A stretch of DNA of 64,000 nt from positions 62,001 to 126,000 of IMG/VR virus record IMGVR_UViG_3300025141_000016; one strand, written 5' to 3'. The notes beneath the pieces are model-generated. The model worked only from the letters and a program-made list of their open reading frames with translations. It was not told the origin of the DNA and did not search any database. The position numbers and the translations under genes were made by a program. How positions within the stretch are numbered: position 1 is the stretch's first letter; every line of letters begins with the position of its first letter. This document shows, one piece after another, positions 10,042-20,781 of this stretch.

Positions 10042-13000
10042 ATGGCACAGGATTTCGGAAGCGGCGTTAGCCGAACCTTGTCGGCACTGGAACGGCAGTT
10101 CCAGACTGTCGTATGGCAAGCATCGAAGCCGCCGCTTGATTCCGAACTCAACCTGATGGCACAGGTTGATTGGGAGCGGGCGGCGAACATCGTGCGCTCC
10201 CAGATGCACTCGGGGTTCCTACTGGACCCCATGGGTGCAGACATGGACTTCGTGACATCCACCGGTTGGTCAAACTGGTTCAAGATGGGACGTACCACCG
10301 CGACAGATGACCACCCGATTATGTGGGCCAATGTGAATGGCTGGGTTCTGCCCATCACAGGGTCGGGAGTCTCGGACGGCGACGAGTCCAACCGTATCAA
10401 TCTCTGGCCACCCCCCTCGACTGATGCCCGCATCGACTTCGTGTTCCTTGAAGTTTGGATGGCGCAGATCGCCCCGAACCCCAGCACCAGCAATAAGCCC
10501 TCTGCGAGTACCATCTACCGCTTCGGAAACACCGAGTATGGTGGGTCCAACGTCACGGATGAGATGGAAGACCCGGCTATCGGGTTTGAGACGACCGAGC
10601 GGTGCCAGTTGCAATACCGTCTCCGTGTCGTCGGAAGCGGCACAGGTCTGGGGGACTCGGTTGACCTCGCCCAATACCCGGATGGTTTGGATGACCCCAA
10701 TGTCGTCGCCCAGGGAGCCATGACGGAAGCCGTTACGGGCTATGCGTGGACGAACATGGGGGATACTTTGAGTGACAAGGGGCTCTGGCGTTCCGGCAAC
10801 GGAGACTCCACGAGCCGCACGGATCTGGGAACGGTGGATGGCTACTCCTATGCCATCCCTGTGTGTGCCATCTTCCGGCGCAACACCAACCCTTTCGTGG
10901 CCGTGACCTCTTCGGGAAATGCCAACCAGAATGGGAGCCTCAACCGCAACCCCACCTCTGCTTCGATTACCACTCCCGTAGAAGCCACGCGCAGCTTCAA
11001 GCCTGTCACCCTCACGGCTGATCTTGCTGCTGACGGTGTGGGCAACATCGCGGTGACCGGACTTTCGGATTCAGGACTCGACAACACGAACATTGATTGG
11101 ACTTCCATGGCCCTCATGCTGGATGACGAGATCATCGTCATCGAAAGCGTGGACGTGTCTGGTGGGACCATCCAGATCGCTGACCCCACAGGGGCCTCGG
11201 CTATCCATGGCCGGGGGCGATTCGGAACCATGGCGGTTCCTCATGTCGCAGGCACCTCGATCCAGTTCTTCAACTTCCGACCTGATGGGCGGTATGCGGA
11301 TGAGATCGCCTCCGAGGACATTCTCGACCTGCGTCGGGGCGTCACCGCAGGGGAATGGTCTTACGAGGATGTGCTGAAGCACAACCTTGGACGGTTGCTT
11401 ACGGGCAACCTACGGACCTCTTACAAGCAAGGGAATGGCACCGACACGCAGGGGCTCCAGATCCTTGAAGTGGACACCTATCTCGGTAAGGGCACGGGAA
11501 CTCTCCCGAACCAGACCGAGCAGTTGGATGGCTTTGACGGCATCCGTACTGTCTTCACGGATGCGGCCACGGTTCAGAATGACGTGTCCCTCCTCTTGTC
11601 TCCGACATCTGGTGGTGGTGGTAGTCCTACTTCCGTGAGTGACTACACCTCGTCTAACGACTGGGAAGCGGCGGCAGGATTCCTCCCCGCTGGGTTCCAA
11701 CCCGACGACCGGGGATGGACAAACGGCACAACCGTTGAACTCTACCTGGGAGGGGCAGCCGGAACCGATGGGGCTCGCGCCACGTCTTCTACAGGCGACA
11801 TGTTCATGCGTTTCGTGTCGCCCCAGGAATACTGGCTGACCCGTGATAGTTGGCCCGGTTTTGCCGGGGGCACGGGACCGTTGCACGGCAACCAGAGCCC
11901 GTTTCTGCTCCGGTTCATTTCCGAGGCTTGGAGCAATCCGGCAGGGCGGGGGGAAAACCCGACCGACCACCCTGGTCCTATGTACCCCCTTCCCGAAACC
12001 AACTTTGAGCGTCCGTTCATCGTTCTCGGTGGCCTCGCCAACACGAACATGAGGGACACTTCCGGTACTACTGTGGTGACCGGGCCGCTGAATGAAATCC
12101 GCTTCCAGAGCGTGGGCTTGGACTTTGACACTGGGGGCCAATGGTGGGATGGCATCGAGATCGAGACCCTATCGTTGACCGGCATCACCAACACCCTCCT
12201 GCACGGGAAACGGAACCTGTACGACTTGCTGACCGCAGGGGGCATTGATCATACCGGCGCATCCTCCGAGTTGTATGTGGTCCTCTCGGGCGATACGACC
12301 AATGGAGGCAACACTGGGTGTTTCCGAGTTGTAGGGGCCGGGGCAACAGCCACGTACACCTCGCGCAACGCATCCACCTCGGATGCCCTCCTCATTGAGC
12401 GGGTGGGCGAAACGGCGGGGGCCTTTGTTACTGGTCGAACCGTCACTGTTGAAGCCCGTACCCAATACATGAACACCGGGGACAGCCCAGGGTCGGCAAC
12501 GGCTTCGGCAGTCATCGTCATTACCGACATTGAGGGTGTTGGGGGTGGGGTCGCGAACCCCTGGCACGGGGATGTGACTACCTTTAGCGCCAGTGATCTC
12601 GTCATCGACACCAGCATCCTCTATGGACCCTCGCGTGGTGCGATGGCCCGAGTGGGCGATGCCTTGTCCCGCTATACGGTTGAGAACCCGGCTGGGGAGA
12701 TCATGCTTCGGGAGGCTCCCGAGGACGTTGATCCTGACTCCACGGCGTTCCGGTCGCGTACCGGAGTCCCCGAGAACGAATACTATTACCCACCCCAGCC
12801 CATCCAGGCATGGAACAGGCTCCCCAGCCTGGGGATGCACTCGCCCGACGCACCTGCTTACGGGAGTGGGCGATACAACTTTGAGACACTTCGGGAATCC
12901 GAGTTGTTCGCGGATGAAGGGTCCAAGACCGTTGTGTTCCGACCCTTCCAGCAAGTGAACATGAGCCTGCCGTTGCGGCTTGCCACAAGCGCCCAGATCG

Positions 13001-15378
13001 GCACCTACACCGCTGGGGGCAACATTGATGGGGGCAATCTCTTTGGGGGGGCCTCCACGCTCAATGTGCTTGCAGTCCCTCCCGAGTACATGCCTCGGTT
13101 TGGTCGGCAGGACATTCCGATTCGCGCAACGGCTGGGACCAGTGGTCCGTATATTGGGCTCAACCATCTCTTTGGGGATTCCGCGACAAGCACCGATAAC
13201 GTCTTCGACATTATCGGCGGCCCCACCACCACTACGACCCTCGGTCTGGTGACCGGGGCAACTTCGGGATTCACCTACGGTGACTACGGCGCAATCACTG
13301 GCACTCTGAACGGGTATCAGGGGCGGCTTTACGAAGACGTGAACGCACGGTCAGCAGACTTGAATAAGCCTCTCCGGGCTATCCAGTTGCCCCCCAACCT
13401 CGGCATCGTCCGGGTTTACGGGGTCTACGACTACCGGGACTATGTGACCGGTGCGAATGGGTCAGCTTGGACCGACAACGGGTTCACGCCGGACACGGGT
13501 GCGGCAGCAGGAACAAACCTCCTTCGCACGGATGCCTCCAAGCAAACCATGTTCATCCTCAAAGGTGGTGCGGAGGATGTGACCGGCAACGCCGGGGACC
13601 ACACCTACATGATCCCAGAGGAGGCCATCGACATTTCGCTGTCGCCTGACTACACCGCAGGGGACACGTTCAACTCGATGGAGTTCGTGGTTGAGATGAC
13701 CGTCTTCGGCTTTGCCCGTGGGTTCATCGACAGCAACAACTACGTCATGCTTCGGGCAGATTCTACCGCCACAGTCCCGTCAGTAGTGTCCACCGTTCGG
13801 ATGATTCTGCCGATGGCGGCTCCGGCTGCTGTTCGTGGCTATTCGGTGTACCTCCGTACCGTCTATCAGGGTGATCCCTACATGACGCGGGATGGGGCGA
13901 CCATTCAGGTTGCGGATTACGAGCATCGGTATGGGCAGGTCGCTGTGGACGATGGCTTCGCGGTCAATGCCCCCCTCCAGCAATACACGACGGATAACCA
14001 GCAGATCCCCGAGATCCCCAATGCTCGGTCTTTGGAGATCCTGGCGAGTGTTGACTTCTGGACCACCCTCGGGACTGGCAAGATGGGCGGCCCCGTCAAT
14101 GCAGGAACCATGACCGATCCCGGCTTCCTGGGAAGTGTGGGGTCACGTCTTCCGGCGACTGCTACGGACAACCCCTACCAGCCCGAAGTGCGTGCTTTCA
14201 CGGCTCCCCAAACGGAATCGGCTCCAGCCGCGCAGATGATTATCCACATCTCGGATAACAGTCTCTTGACGACGGAACTGGTACGGATTGAACGAGCCGT
14301 TGGGCCGACTACCGCTACCGCGATCTTCGCGGGAATAACGTGGGTGGGGGCCAACGCAACCACTTCAGCCGCGAACCTCGCGGGAATGATCAACGCCTCT
14401 GACGTGGCCGGGAGAGTGATTGGAGTAGGGGCTGTGGCGGTTGCCAACGAAGTCCATCTTTTCAGCCTTGTGCCGGGACATACGGGCAACAGTACAATCG
14501 TACTGATCGATCCGGCTACGGGGAATCCGGCCCCCCTTGGGATTTTCCTGCGTCCTCCTGCTCCGATGGGGAAGAAGACGTTTGGTATGCCGATCTTCCG
14601 ATCCCACTTGGTCGGGGGAGAGAATCTTCCCATGAACGCGAATCTCGACTGGAACGCGACCACGCCCGTCAACTTGACGGGCATGACTGACCGACTCCCG
14701 CTGGGCATCTTGGTGAACGACTCTGACTTCATCGGGGAAGACCCCATGCTGGGAGGGAAAGCCTACAACGTGAGTTCAGGTGGGGGCACACAGTCCACTA
14801 CAGAGGTGATTCCGTTTGCCCCCGATGGCGAGGAATATGCTCGCCTCAACGGCAACGCAGGCACCATGGGGATGGCTGATGGGGCGATCCTTGAATACAC
14901 CGCGTACAACGCCGCCAGCGCACACGACGGGACCAAGCAGTTCCGTCTGTACCGGGGCGGTGGTTCGGCCTATGTGTTGGACTCTGTTGCTGGAGGTCCA
15001 GTGGACTTCTCTGTTGGCGGGTTCCCAGAGAACATCGACCCTGTGGTCAAGGGAGCCGTCCTGACGGGACGCGCCTACCTCGTCCGCAACCAAGCTGAAA
15101 CAGCGTTCGCCGGAAATGTGACTCGCTCCTACGGGGACGAGGTGCAGATGGTGGTCGTCACCAGTGCGGTCTACGGAAAGGGTGCTCTCTGTGGAGAGGG
15201 GTACTCCCTCGACGGGATCATCAGCCCGACCGACTACGGCAAGGGGTACTCCGCGTCTGACCGTTACCGGCTGGAAGGGAAACCGCTCGTCAAGGGACGT
15301 GCTGCACTCCCCGACCCGGACATTGAACTCGCTCCGTACCCACCCGAGGATCCGGCAGACGACGATCCTTGCCCGTGA
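10042..15378 (+). CDS. Giant virion structural protein (tail/baseplate-associated)
   Basis: 1778 aa; N-terminal VVWQASKPPLDSELNL and RIDFVFLEVW blocks; paralogous to 2..2053; T/G/S-rich. Confidence 0.7.
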   Translation: MAQDFGSGVSRTLSALERQFQTVVWQASKPPLDSELNLMAQVDWERAANIVRSQMHSGFLLDPMGADMDFVTSTGWSNWFKMGRTTATDDHPIMWANVNGWVLPITGSGVSDGDESNRINLWPPPSTDARIDFVFLEVWMAQIAPNPSTSNKPSASTIYRFGNTEYGGSNVTDEMEDPAIGFETTERCQLQYRLRVVGSGTGLGDSVDLAQYPDGLDDPNVVAQGAMTEAVTGYAWTNMGDTLSDKGLWRSGNGDSTSRTDLGTVDGYSYAIPVCAIFRRNTNPFVAVTSSGNANQNGSLNRNPTSASITTPVEATRSFKPVTLTADLAADGVGNIAVTGLSDSGLDNTNIDWTSMALMLDDEIIVIESVDVSGGTIQIADPTGASAIHGRGRFGTMAVPHVAGTSIQFFNFRPDGRYADEIASEDILDLRRGVTAGEWSYEDVLKHNLGRLLTGNLRTSYKQGNGTDTQGLQILEVDTYLGKGTGTLPNQTEQLDGFDGIRTVFTDAATVQNDVSLLLSPTSGGGGSPTSVSDYTSSNDWEAAAGFLPAGFQPDDRGWTNGTTVELYLGGAAGTDGARATSSTGDMFMRFVSPQEYWLTRDSWPGFAGGTGPLHGNQSPFLLRFISEAWSNPAGRGENPTDHPGPMYPLPETNFERPFIVLGGLANTNMRDTSGTTVVTGPLNEIRFQSVGLDFDTGGQWWDGIEIETLSLTGITNTLLHGKRNLYDLLTAGGIDHTGASSELYVVLSGDTTNGGNTGCFRVVGAGATATYTSRNASTSDALLIERVGETAGAFVTGRTVTVEARTQYMNTGDSPGSATASAVIVITDIEGVGGGVANPWHGDVTTFSASDLVIDTSILYGPSRGAMARVGDALSRYTVENPAGEIMLREAPEDVDPDSTAFRSRTGVPENEYYYPPQPIQAWNRLPSLGMHSPDAPAYGSGRYNFETLRESELFADEGSKTVVFRPFQQVNMSLPLRLATSAQIGTYTAGGNIDGGNLFGGASTLNVLAVPPEYMPRFGRQDIPIRATAGTSGPYIGLNHLFGDSATSTDNVFDIIGGPTTTTTLGLVTGATSGFTYGDYGAITGTLNGYQGRLYEDVNARSADLNKPLRAIQLPPNLGIVRVYGVYDYRDYVTGANGSAWTDNGFTPDTGAAAGTNLLRTDASKQTMFILKGGAEDVTGNAGDHTYMIPEEAIDISLSPDYTAGDTFNSMEFVVEMTVFGFARGFIDSNNYVMLRADSTATVPSVVSTVRMILPMAAPAAVRGYSVYLRTVYQGDPYMTRDGATIQVADYEHRYGQVAVDDGFAVNAPLQQYTTDNQQIPEIPNARSLEILASVDFWTTLGTGKMGGPVNAGTMTDPGFLGSVGSRLPATATDNPYQPEVRAFTAPQTESAPAAQMIIHISDNSLLTTELVRIERAVGPTTATAIFAGITWVGANATTSAANLAGMINASDVAGRVIGVGAVAVANEVHLFSLVPGHTGNSTIVLIDPATGNPAPLGIFLRPPAPMGKKTFGMPIFRSHLVGGENLPMNANLDWNATTPVNLTGMTDRLPLGILVNDSDFIGEDPMLGGKAYNVSSGGGTQSTTEVIPFAPDGEEYARLNGNAGTMGMADGAILEYTAYNAASAHDGTKQFRLYRGGGSAYVLDSVAGGPVDFSVGGFPENIDPVVKGAVLTGRAYLVRNQAETAFAGNVTRSYGDEVQMVVVTSAVYGKGALCGEGYSLDGIISPTDYGKGYSASDRYRLEGKPLVKGRAALPDPDIELAPYPPEDPADDDPCP

Positions 15379-15386
15379 GGTAGCTG

Positions 15387-15863
15387 ATGGGTAAGCCATC
15401 TCCCAAGCGGGTGGCCTCGGCCTCTGGGTTCTTGTCAGCGTACAAGAAGTGGACTCTCCCACACCTGATGGGGGATTCCCGCTACCGCTCATGGTGGGTG
15501 GACCGTAAGGGCAACCTCATTGAGATGAAAAATGACCCCTCCGGGTTGACCGAGGACACCCTGTTCGCGGCCAACACCGTTCTCTGGAAAGGGGATGCAG
15601 ATGACGGTCAGGGGGACATTCACTTTGAGTACCTGACGGTGAACCGAGATTTGCGAGGTCATGGCGTGGGGTCAGCGGTGTTGAAGGAGATTATCAAGCT
15701 GGCCGACAAGGCGGGTGCGTCCCTCTCACTGGAACCCGATGAGCGCGGTGGCCTCCTCTCTACCTCCCAACTTTTCGCGTGGTATCGAAGACACAACTTT
15801 GAAACGGTCATCCACCCAGAGTGGGGTGAGATTGAGGAGATGCTTATTCGCCAGCCCAGGTAG
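15387..15863 (+). CDS. GNAT-family acetyltransferase with N-terminal PSPKRVAS tag
   Basis: Acetyl-CoA motif A LTVNRDLRGHGVGSAVL; WYRRHNF (motif B-like). Confidence 0.75.
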   Translation: MGKPSPKRVASASGFLSAYKKWTLPHLMGDSRYRSWWVDRKGNLIEMKNDPSGLTEDTLFAANTVLWKGDADDGQGDIHFEYLTVNRDLRGHGVGSAVLKEIIKLADKAGASLSLEPDERGGLLSTSQLFAWYRRHNFETVIHPEWGEIEEMLIRQPR

Positions 15864-15900
15864 GCTGCGCGGTAAGGTAGGACGCACCGGAGAGACTCTG

Positions 15901-16683
15901 ATGAACTTGATCGCCTACCGCTCGTCTGTCGTGACCCAAGACACTTACGAAGCCATGCGCCGTCTGGAGATTGCGGCGAAGGATGAGGGGTCTTCTGTCA
16001 TCCAGTACGAGGGGGTCCATCGGAGCAGTTGCTCCTGGCGCGGAGTCGAGGATGAGCCGGGGCCAACCGAACTGCCCCCTCCGTTCTCGATGCGACCAGC
16101 CGGGAGAGAGGTTTATCTCCGTGTCGAAGTGGATGACCCCCTCCGGGGTCTTGCGCTTCTGTGGTCTTTGGCTGTCCCGTTGGGGTTCATGCCCTGGGAC
16201 CGCTATCCGCTCCCCTCTCCTACTTCCCATGTGTTCCACTACCCCGGCCCCTGGTCCTCTGTGGGAGATTTCCTGCACGGGGAAGGGCGTGGACACCTTT
16301 CCTGGCCTTCGATGTGTGTGGCAGCCCAATGCGAGGCTGGAACATGGGAAGGAGATCGCCTCTCCGAGAGGTCGGTCCAAACCCACCTTCACCGGCTCGG
16401 CATCCATTGTGGGCCTGTAGACGGACAGATCGGCACCCTCACCCTCTCCTCATTGAAGGCGTTGGGGCTCGGGGGGATGGGGCTGGAGGAGGCTTTGGAA
16501 GCCTTGACGCGCATGAAAGTCCCGAAGCCCCCAGCCATGGATCGGCAGCGAGGGCATGTCGTGTTGAATGATGTGTCTATGGAAGCCTTTTCATCAGGAG
16601 GCGTTCACACTGTGCGAACGCGCAACGGCTACTCCCTCACAGTGGATGGCCCCGGACGCTTGGTTTTGATGGTAGGTGATTGA
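15901..16683 (+). CDS. Protein with peptidoglycan-binding (PG_binding_1-like) domain
   Basis: VQTHLHRLGIHCGPVDGQIGTLTLSSL. Start moved to ATG 15901, which follows a GGAGA RBS. Confidence 0.55.
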   Translation: MNLIAYRSSVVTQDTYEAMRRLEIAAKDEGSSVIQYEGVHRSSCSWRGVEDEPGPTELPPPFSMRPAGREVYLRVEVDDPLRGLALLWSLAVPLGFMPWDRYPLPSPTSHVFHYPGPWSSVGDFLHGEGRGHLSWPSMCVAAQCEAGTWEGDRLSERSVQTHLHRLGIHCGPVDGQIGTLTLSSLKALGLGGMGLEEALEALTRMKVPKPPAMDRQRGHVVLNDVSMEAFSSGGVHTVRTRNGYSLTVDGPGRLVLMVGD

Positions 16684-17321
16684 TGGCAAGCCCAACGCTC
16701 TATTTCCCTGAAGGTGTCCCAGCCCACATTCGGCGTATCGTGGACCCAGACCAGATCCACAAGCACGTCCAAGAGGGTCTAAAGGGGCTGGAGAGAGACT
16801 GGAAGTCCTTGGTTGATGAGGCTGCGGAGATCGTCAATGGGGACCGACCTTGGTGGTTGCGGGTTTTCGGGGGCAAGACCGAGGTCAGTCCTGAATGGCT
16901 TGCGGAACGTCTCTACCAGCGTCCCCGCACATGGCCCACAGGCTTGTCGGCAGAGGATAAGGACATGCTTCGCCTCTTGCGGGCAACCCGTGATCTGGGG
17001 TCGCCCTTATCTTTGAAGGCCCCCAACCGCGAGATGCCTCCTCCCGAGGAGGACATGACAAAGGCGTTCAAGATGATGGCGAAGGACACGCGCCTATTCA
17101 TCTCATTCGGCCTGATGAAAGCCTATGAGGCGATGCTCAAAAATGTTGGGAAGGAGATTGAGGGTCTGTGCGAGGGGTTGCTTGGAGAGTCGTGTGAAGA
17201 CGATGCCGTCGATGTGGTCCATGCGGATGTGGATGCGGCCATCAAGACCAACCAGATCCAAGGCATGTCGCGAGACGGCGCACGTCTCCTCCAAGAGTTC
17301 TATCGCCTCGTCTACGTCTAA
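16683..17321 (+). CDS. Hypothetical protein
   Basis: About 212-aa ORF coupled to the upstream stop. Confidence 0.6.
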   Translation: MASPTLYFPEGVPAHIRRIVDPDQIHKHVQEGLKGLERDWKSLVDEAAEIVNGDRPWWLRVFGGKTEVSPEWLAERLYQRPRTWPTGLSAEDKDMLRLLRATRDLGSPLSLKAPNREMPPPEEDMTKAFKMMAKDTRLFISFGLMKAYEAMLKNVGKEIEGLCEGLLGESCEDDAVDVVHADVDAAIKTNQIQGMSRDGARLLQEFYRLVYV

Positions 17322-17375
17322 TGGGGGGTGGTAGGCACTCTGCGTCGGGTATTCGACGGGGAAGAGGAGTGCCCA

Positions 17376-18959
17376 ATGAACTTGACCGTCCACGAGAAGC
17401 TGAAACGTGTCCGTGAAAAGCCGGACCTCACCCTCCCTCGCCCTCCCTGTCTACGGGAGCACTTGACCCGTCGTGATGGGAGCAAGGTTCCTCTCGTCCT
17501 TCGCCCTTACCAACAGCAAATGGTCCTTCATCTCATGGCGATGATGCGCTTCATCGTTGGGGACGACACGGGACTCGGAAAGACAGTCGAGACGATTGCG
17601 GCTCTCTGCCAGTTGTGGGCACGAGATCCCGACACCAAGGCAGTCGTCCTCACCAAGAAGTCGAGCGTCCCACAGTGGGAGTCCGAGTTTGAGCGTTTCG
17701 CAGAGGGGGTCACGGTCATCATGGCTGTGGGAACGCCCCAGAAGCGTCAGAGAGCCCACGAAGCGTGGGAGAACGCTTCCGGCCCCGCCGTGTTGATCCA
17801 AGGCTACTCCTCGGCTTGCAACGACTTTGGGAGGCTCCAGCACTGGGAGGGGTACATCCTTATCTGTGACGAGGCCACCGTGTTCAAAACCCCCTCAACA
17901 CGGGTCCATAAGGTCTGTCGTCACCTTTCCTCCCAAGCGGCAAGGTGTTGGGGACTGACAGCCACCCTCATCAAGAACAACCTGATGGAAGGGTTTGGGG
18001 TCTACAAGGTGGTTGTCCCAGACCTGTTCGGTATGAGTAAGAACGGCTTTATGAACCACTACTGCATCACGCGGATGCAGCGGGTCGCCAATGGGCGACA
18101 GGTGCCCGTCATTGTGGGCTACCGCCAATCGGACATTGAGAAGTTCCGAGACGTGATTGACCCTTACTACTTGGGGAGGCCCAAGCACGCGGTAGCACAG
18201 GAACTCCCCGTACTGACGACCAAGAACGTGCGCCTGGGGCTCACGAAGTTCCAGTCCGAGAAGTACCAAGAAGCCCTCGGGGGCCTGTTGGAGATGGGGG
18301 ACGGCGATGAGCGCGAGACGACCCCCCTCACGGCTCTGATCTACTGCCAGGAGATCGTGAACCACCCGGCCCTGATCGAGTACCCTGACTACAAGAGCGA
18401 GAAACTTGACGCTCTCCTCGACATGGTGACGGAGGGTGGTGACTTCCATGACGAGAAAGTCATTGTCTTTAGCCGCTTCAAGACCATGGTTGACACCGCT
18501 ATCCCCCACTTGGAAAAGGCTGGGGTCAAGTGCGTTCGGGTCACGGGTGATGAAGACTCGGCCCAGCGCAAGGCTGCGATGGAGGCGTTTCAGAACCCAG
18601 ACGACCCCACCCGAGTCATCTGGATCACGATGGCTGGTGGGGACGCGATCAATCTCCAGGCAGCGAAGGCGCTCATCTTCTATGACACCCCCTGGAGTGC
18701 AGGAGATTACCTCCAGATTCTCGGGCGCATGATCCGCATTGGGTCAGACCATGACTCCGTGTACGCTGTCCACCTCGTCTGTCGAGACACCATTGACGAG
18801 CGGGTCCAAGAGGTCAGGCGCAAGAAGATGAGATTGATTGAGCAGGTCTTGGGTGAGCGGGTGCGGGGACACAAGGGAGAGGACGTGGTGTTCAATGCTG
18901 GCTCCGAGATCCGTGACGTTTTCGATGCGATGGTACAGGACGCTCGCCGCAGGGTTTGA
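17376..18959 (+). CDS. SNF2-family helicase/ATPase
   Basis: LRPYQ, GDDTGLGKT, CDEA, LTAT, KVIVFSRF, INLQAA, QILGRMIRIG. Confidence 0.92.
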   Translation: MNLTVHEKLKRVREKPDLTLPRPPCLREHLTRRDGSKVPLVLRPYQQQMVLHLMAMMRFIVGDDTGLGKTVETIAALCQLWARDPDTKAVVLTKKSSVPQWESEFERFAEGVTVIMAVGTPQKRQRAHEAWENASGPAVLIQGYSSACNDFGRLQHWEGYILICDEATVFKTPSTRVHKVCRHLSSQAARCWGLTATLIKNNLMEGFGVYKVVVPDLFGMSKNGFMNHYCITRMQRVANGRQVPVIVGYRQSDIEKFRDVIDPYYLGRPKHAVAQELPVLTTKNVRLGLTKFQSEKYQEALGGLLEMGDGDERETTPLTALIYCQEIVNHPALIEYPDYKSEKLDALLDMVTEGGDFHDEKVIVFSRFKTMVDTAIPHLEKAGVKCVRVTGDEDSAQRKAAMEAFQNPDDPTRVIWITMAGGDAINLQAAKALIFYDTPWSAGDYLQILGRMIRIGSDHDSVYAVHLVCRDTIDERVQEVRRKKMRLIEQVLGERVRGHKGEDVVFNAGSEIRDVFDAMVQDARRRV

Positions 18960-18963
18960 AGGA

Positions 18964-18993
18964 GGGGGGTTCAACTCCCCCTCTGTTCCAGTA
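18964..18993 (+). promoter_or_regulatory. Class E promoter-like motif, variant TTCAAC-N14-AGTA
   Basis: GGGGGGTTCAACTCCCCCTCTGTTCCAGTA upstream of 19026. Confidence 0.5.
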
Positions 18994-19025
18994 GAGGGGG
19001 GGAACCCCAAAGGAAGGAGCCTGAC

Positions 19026-19622
19026 ATGGGACAGCGAGGAAGGAAGCGTATCGAGGACAAGCACCCGGAACTGCTGGAGATGTTGGGCGTTCAGTCTGAC
19101 AAGGAACTCGCGGAGCAGTTCGGTTGCACGCCGGTCACCATCGGGAACGCCCGCCGTCGAGCAGGGCTCCCGTACCACCGAAGTCCGAGGACTCGGAGCA
19201 TCATCCATGGGATGAAGGAGGCCGAGAAGGATCTCCATATGGTCGTCGTTCCCCACCGCCTTACGGTTCGGGAGAGCGGCGAGGAACGTGTGGATGTGCT
19301 TCACGGCCATGACGGCGTTCGCGTCTACCATAAGGATGCGGTGGACTACCGGATCACGATGGGGATGACCGAAGACCTCCCTCACTTCCATTCGTGGGAT
19401 GAGTGCAAGAAATACCTGACCGAAGAACCGGGAGCCTTCCGCCCCTGTCTTCTCGACCTCTACATCGCTCGTCAGGTTTTCTCTTCGTCCTTTTCGGAGC
19501 CGTACTCTATTGCCCCGGACCCCACCGAGACGAAGGCCCTGGACAAGATTCGGGCAGCGGCAAAGGCAAACAAGCCGGTTCGATTGAGTGCCTCCGAGGT
19601 GCAGGCGCTCGTGAGGGTGTGA
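19026..19622 (+). CDS. Helix-turn-helix domain protein
   Basis: SDKELAEQFGCTPVTIGNARRRAGL. Confidence 0.65.
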   Translation: MGQRGRKRIEDKHPELLEMLGVQSDKELAEQFGCTPVTIGNARRRAGLPYHRSPRTRSIIHGMKEAEKDLHMVVVPHRLTVRESGEERVDVLHGHDGVRVYHKDAVDYRITMGMTEDLPHFHSWDECKKYLTEEPGAFRPCLLDLYIARQVFSSSFSEPYSIAPDPTETKALDKIRAAAKANKPVRLSASEVQALVRV

Positions 19623-19966
19623 TGTTTGAGCAGGATGCTGCCCGTCTCATTCGTGAGGCGGGCTGGAAGATTGTCCTCGGCCCCTTCTACAACACCAACC
19701 TCAGTCCGAAGGGTGTCCATGTCTGGTCCATCAAGTCGGTCCTCTCCAAGCAAGACCTCACAGCCCGAGGGATCAAGGCGACCAAGGCTTCCCCTCCGGG
19801 CTCCCAGAGGACCGTTCGGTTCCGAGGGGTGGTGGAAGATGGGGTACTGGTGTCTGTGGAGCATCTGACGAGTAGCGGGCGCAAGAAGCTGTCCCGTGGG
19901 GGTCCACGTCGGAAACGGCGCAGGACCAAGCCAAAGGGGGGTACTTCATTGGTGGAAGTCGGGTAA
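19622..19966 (+). CDS. Hypothetical basic protein
   Basis: ATG overlaps the upstream stop (TGATG); MFEQDAARLIREAGW... Confidence 0.55.
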   Translation: MFEQDAARLIREAGWKIVLGPFYNTNLSPKGVHVWSIKSVLSKQDLTARGIKATKASPPGSQRTVRFRGVVEDGVLVSVEHLTSSGRKKLSRGGPRRKRRRTKPKGGTSLVEVG

Positions 19967-20016
19967 CGAGAGGTGAGAGGAAACATGCGACCACCATCCG
20001 ACAAGCGAGGGGAACG

Positions 20017-20781
20017 ATGAGCACGCCTGACCCCGAGTGTTCCGAGTGCCATGGCACGGGACTCGTAGAACGGGATCCCACGCCCCCGCATCCTCCCTCT
20101 TTCTCACGGTGTGAGTGTGTCCTTCGCCAAGACATTCTGGCCAACGTCGAGCGTGGGATGACGGGTCTCTCCAGAGCCCCCGTCATTTCGGGGTCCGCGT
20201 TGGTGGGGCAGCACACCAACAACCTCTGGGTCACGGCTGACGATGATTTCTTGTCCCATCTCCGTCATGTGGCGGTGAGGCGACCAGCAACATGGTTGTT
20301 TCGCGTGGTGTCAGATGCGGAACTTGTGACTGCATGGCTCGCATCCATAGCCCTCAAAGGCGGCGAGATCATCGACCCCGATGCGTATATGGTGTCCACC
20401 AAGTACCTCACGGTCCCCGACCTTGTGGAGCCACCCGACCTCGTGGTTATCCGTATGGGGATCAAGGTGGCACGCAACGCGGCTGCATCCGAAGTGCTGG
20501 CCGAAGCATTGAACACGCGGCTCCATGCAGGTAAGCCGACGTGGTTGTGGGATGGCCCGATGCAGCCCCTTACGGTGGGGCACCTGTTCCACTCCCCCGA
20601 GGTTGAACGAGCACTGAATGGTTGGACGCGCCTGCGATCCCTTGCCCCCTCTACTTCGTCGGAAGGTGGGGGAGGGGAGGAGTCTGGGGGCACCCCGGAA
20701 CCCGGTGAGTTGGCCCCCCAACGGGAAACCACCAAGCCAGGATGGATGACCAACAAGACATTCCGAGGAAGTGACTCGTGA
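20017..20781 (+). CDS. Zn-finger protein, probable degenerate DnaC/IstB-like helicase loader
   Basis: CSECHGTG...CEC at the N-terminus; PDLVVI...EALNTRLHAGKPTWL resembles DnaC-like blocks; no Walker A; directly before DnaB. Confidence 0.5.
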   Translation: MSTPDPECSECHGTGLVERDPTPPHPPSFSRCECVLRQDILANVERGMTGLSRAPVISGSALVGQHTNNLWVTADDDFLSHLRHVAVRRPATWLFRVVSDAELVTAWLASIALKGGEIIDPDAYMVSTKYLTVPDLVEPPDLVVIRMGIKVARNAAASEVLAEALNTRLHAGKPTWLWDGPMQPLTVGHLFHSPEVERALNGWTRLRSLAPSTSSEGGGGEESGGTPEPGELAPQRETTKPGWMTNKTFRGSDS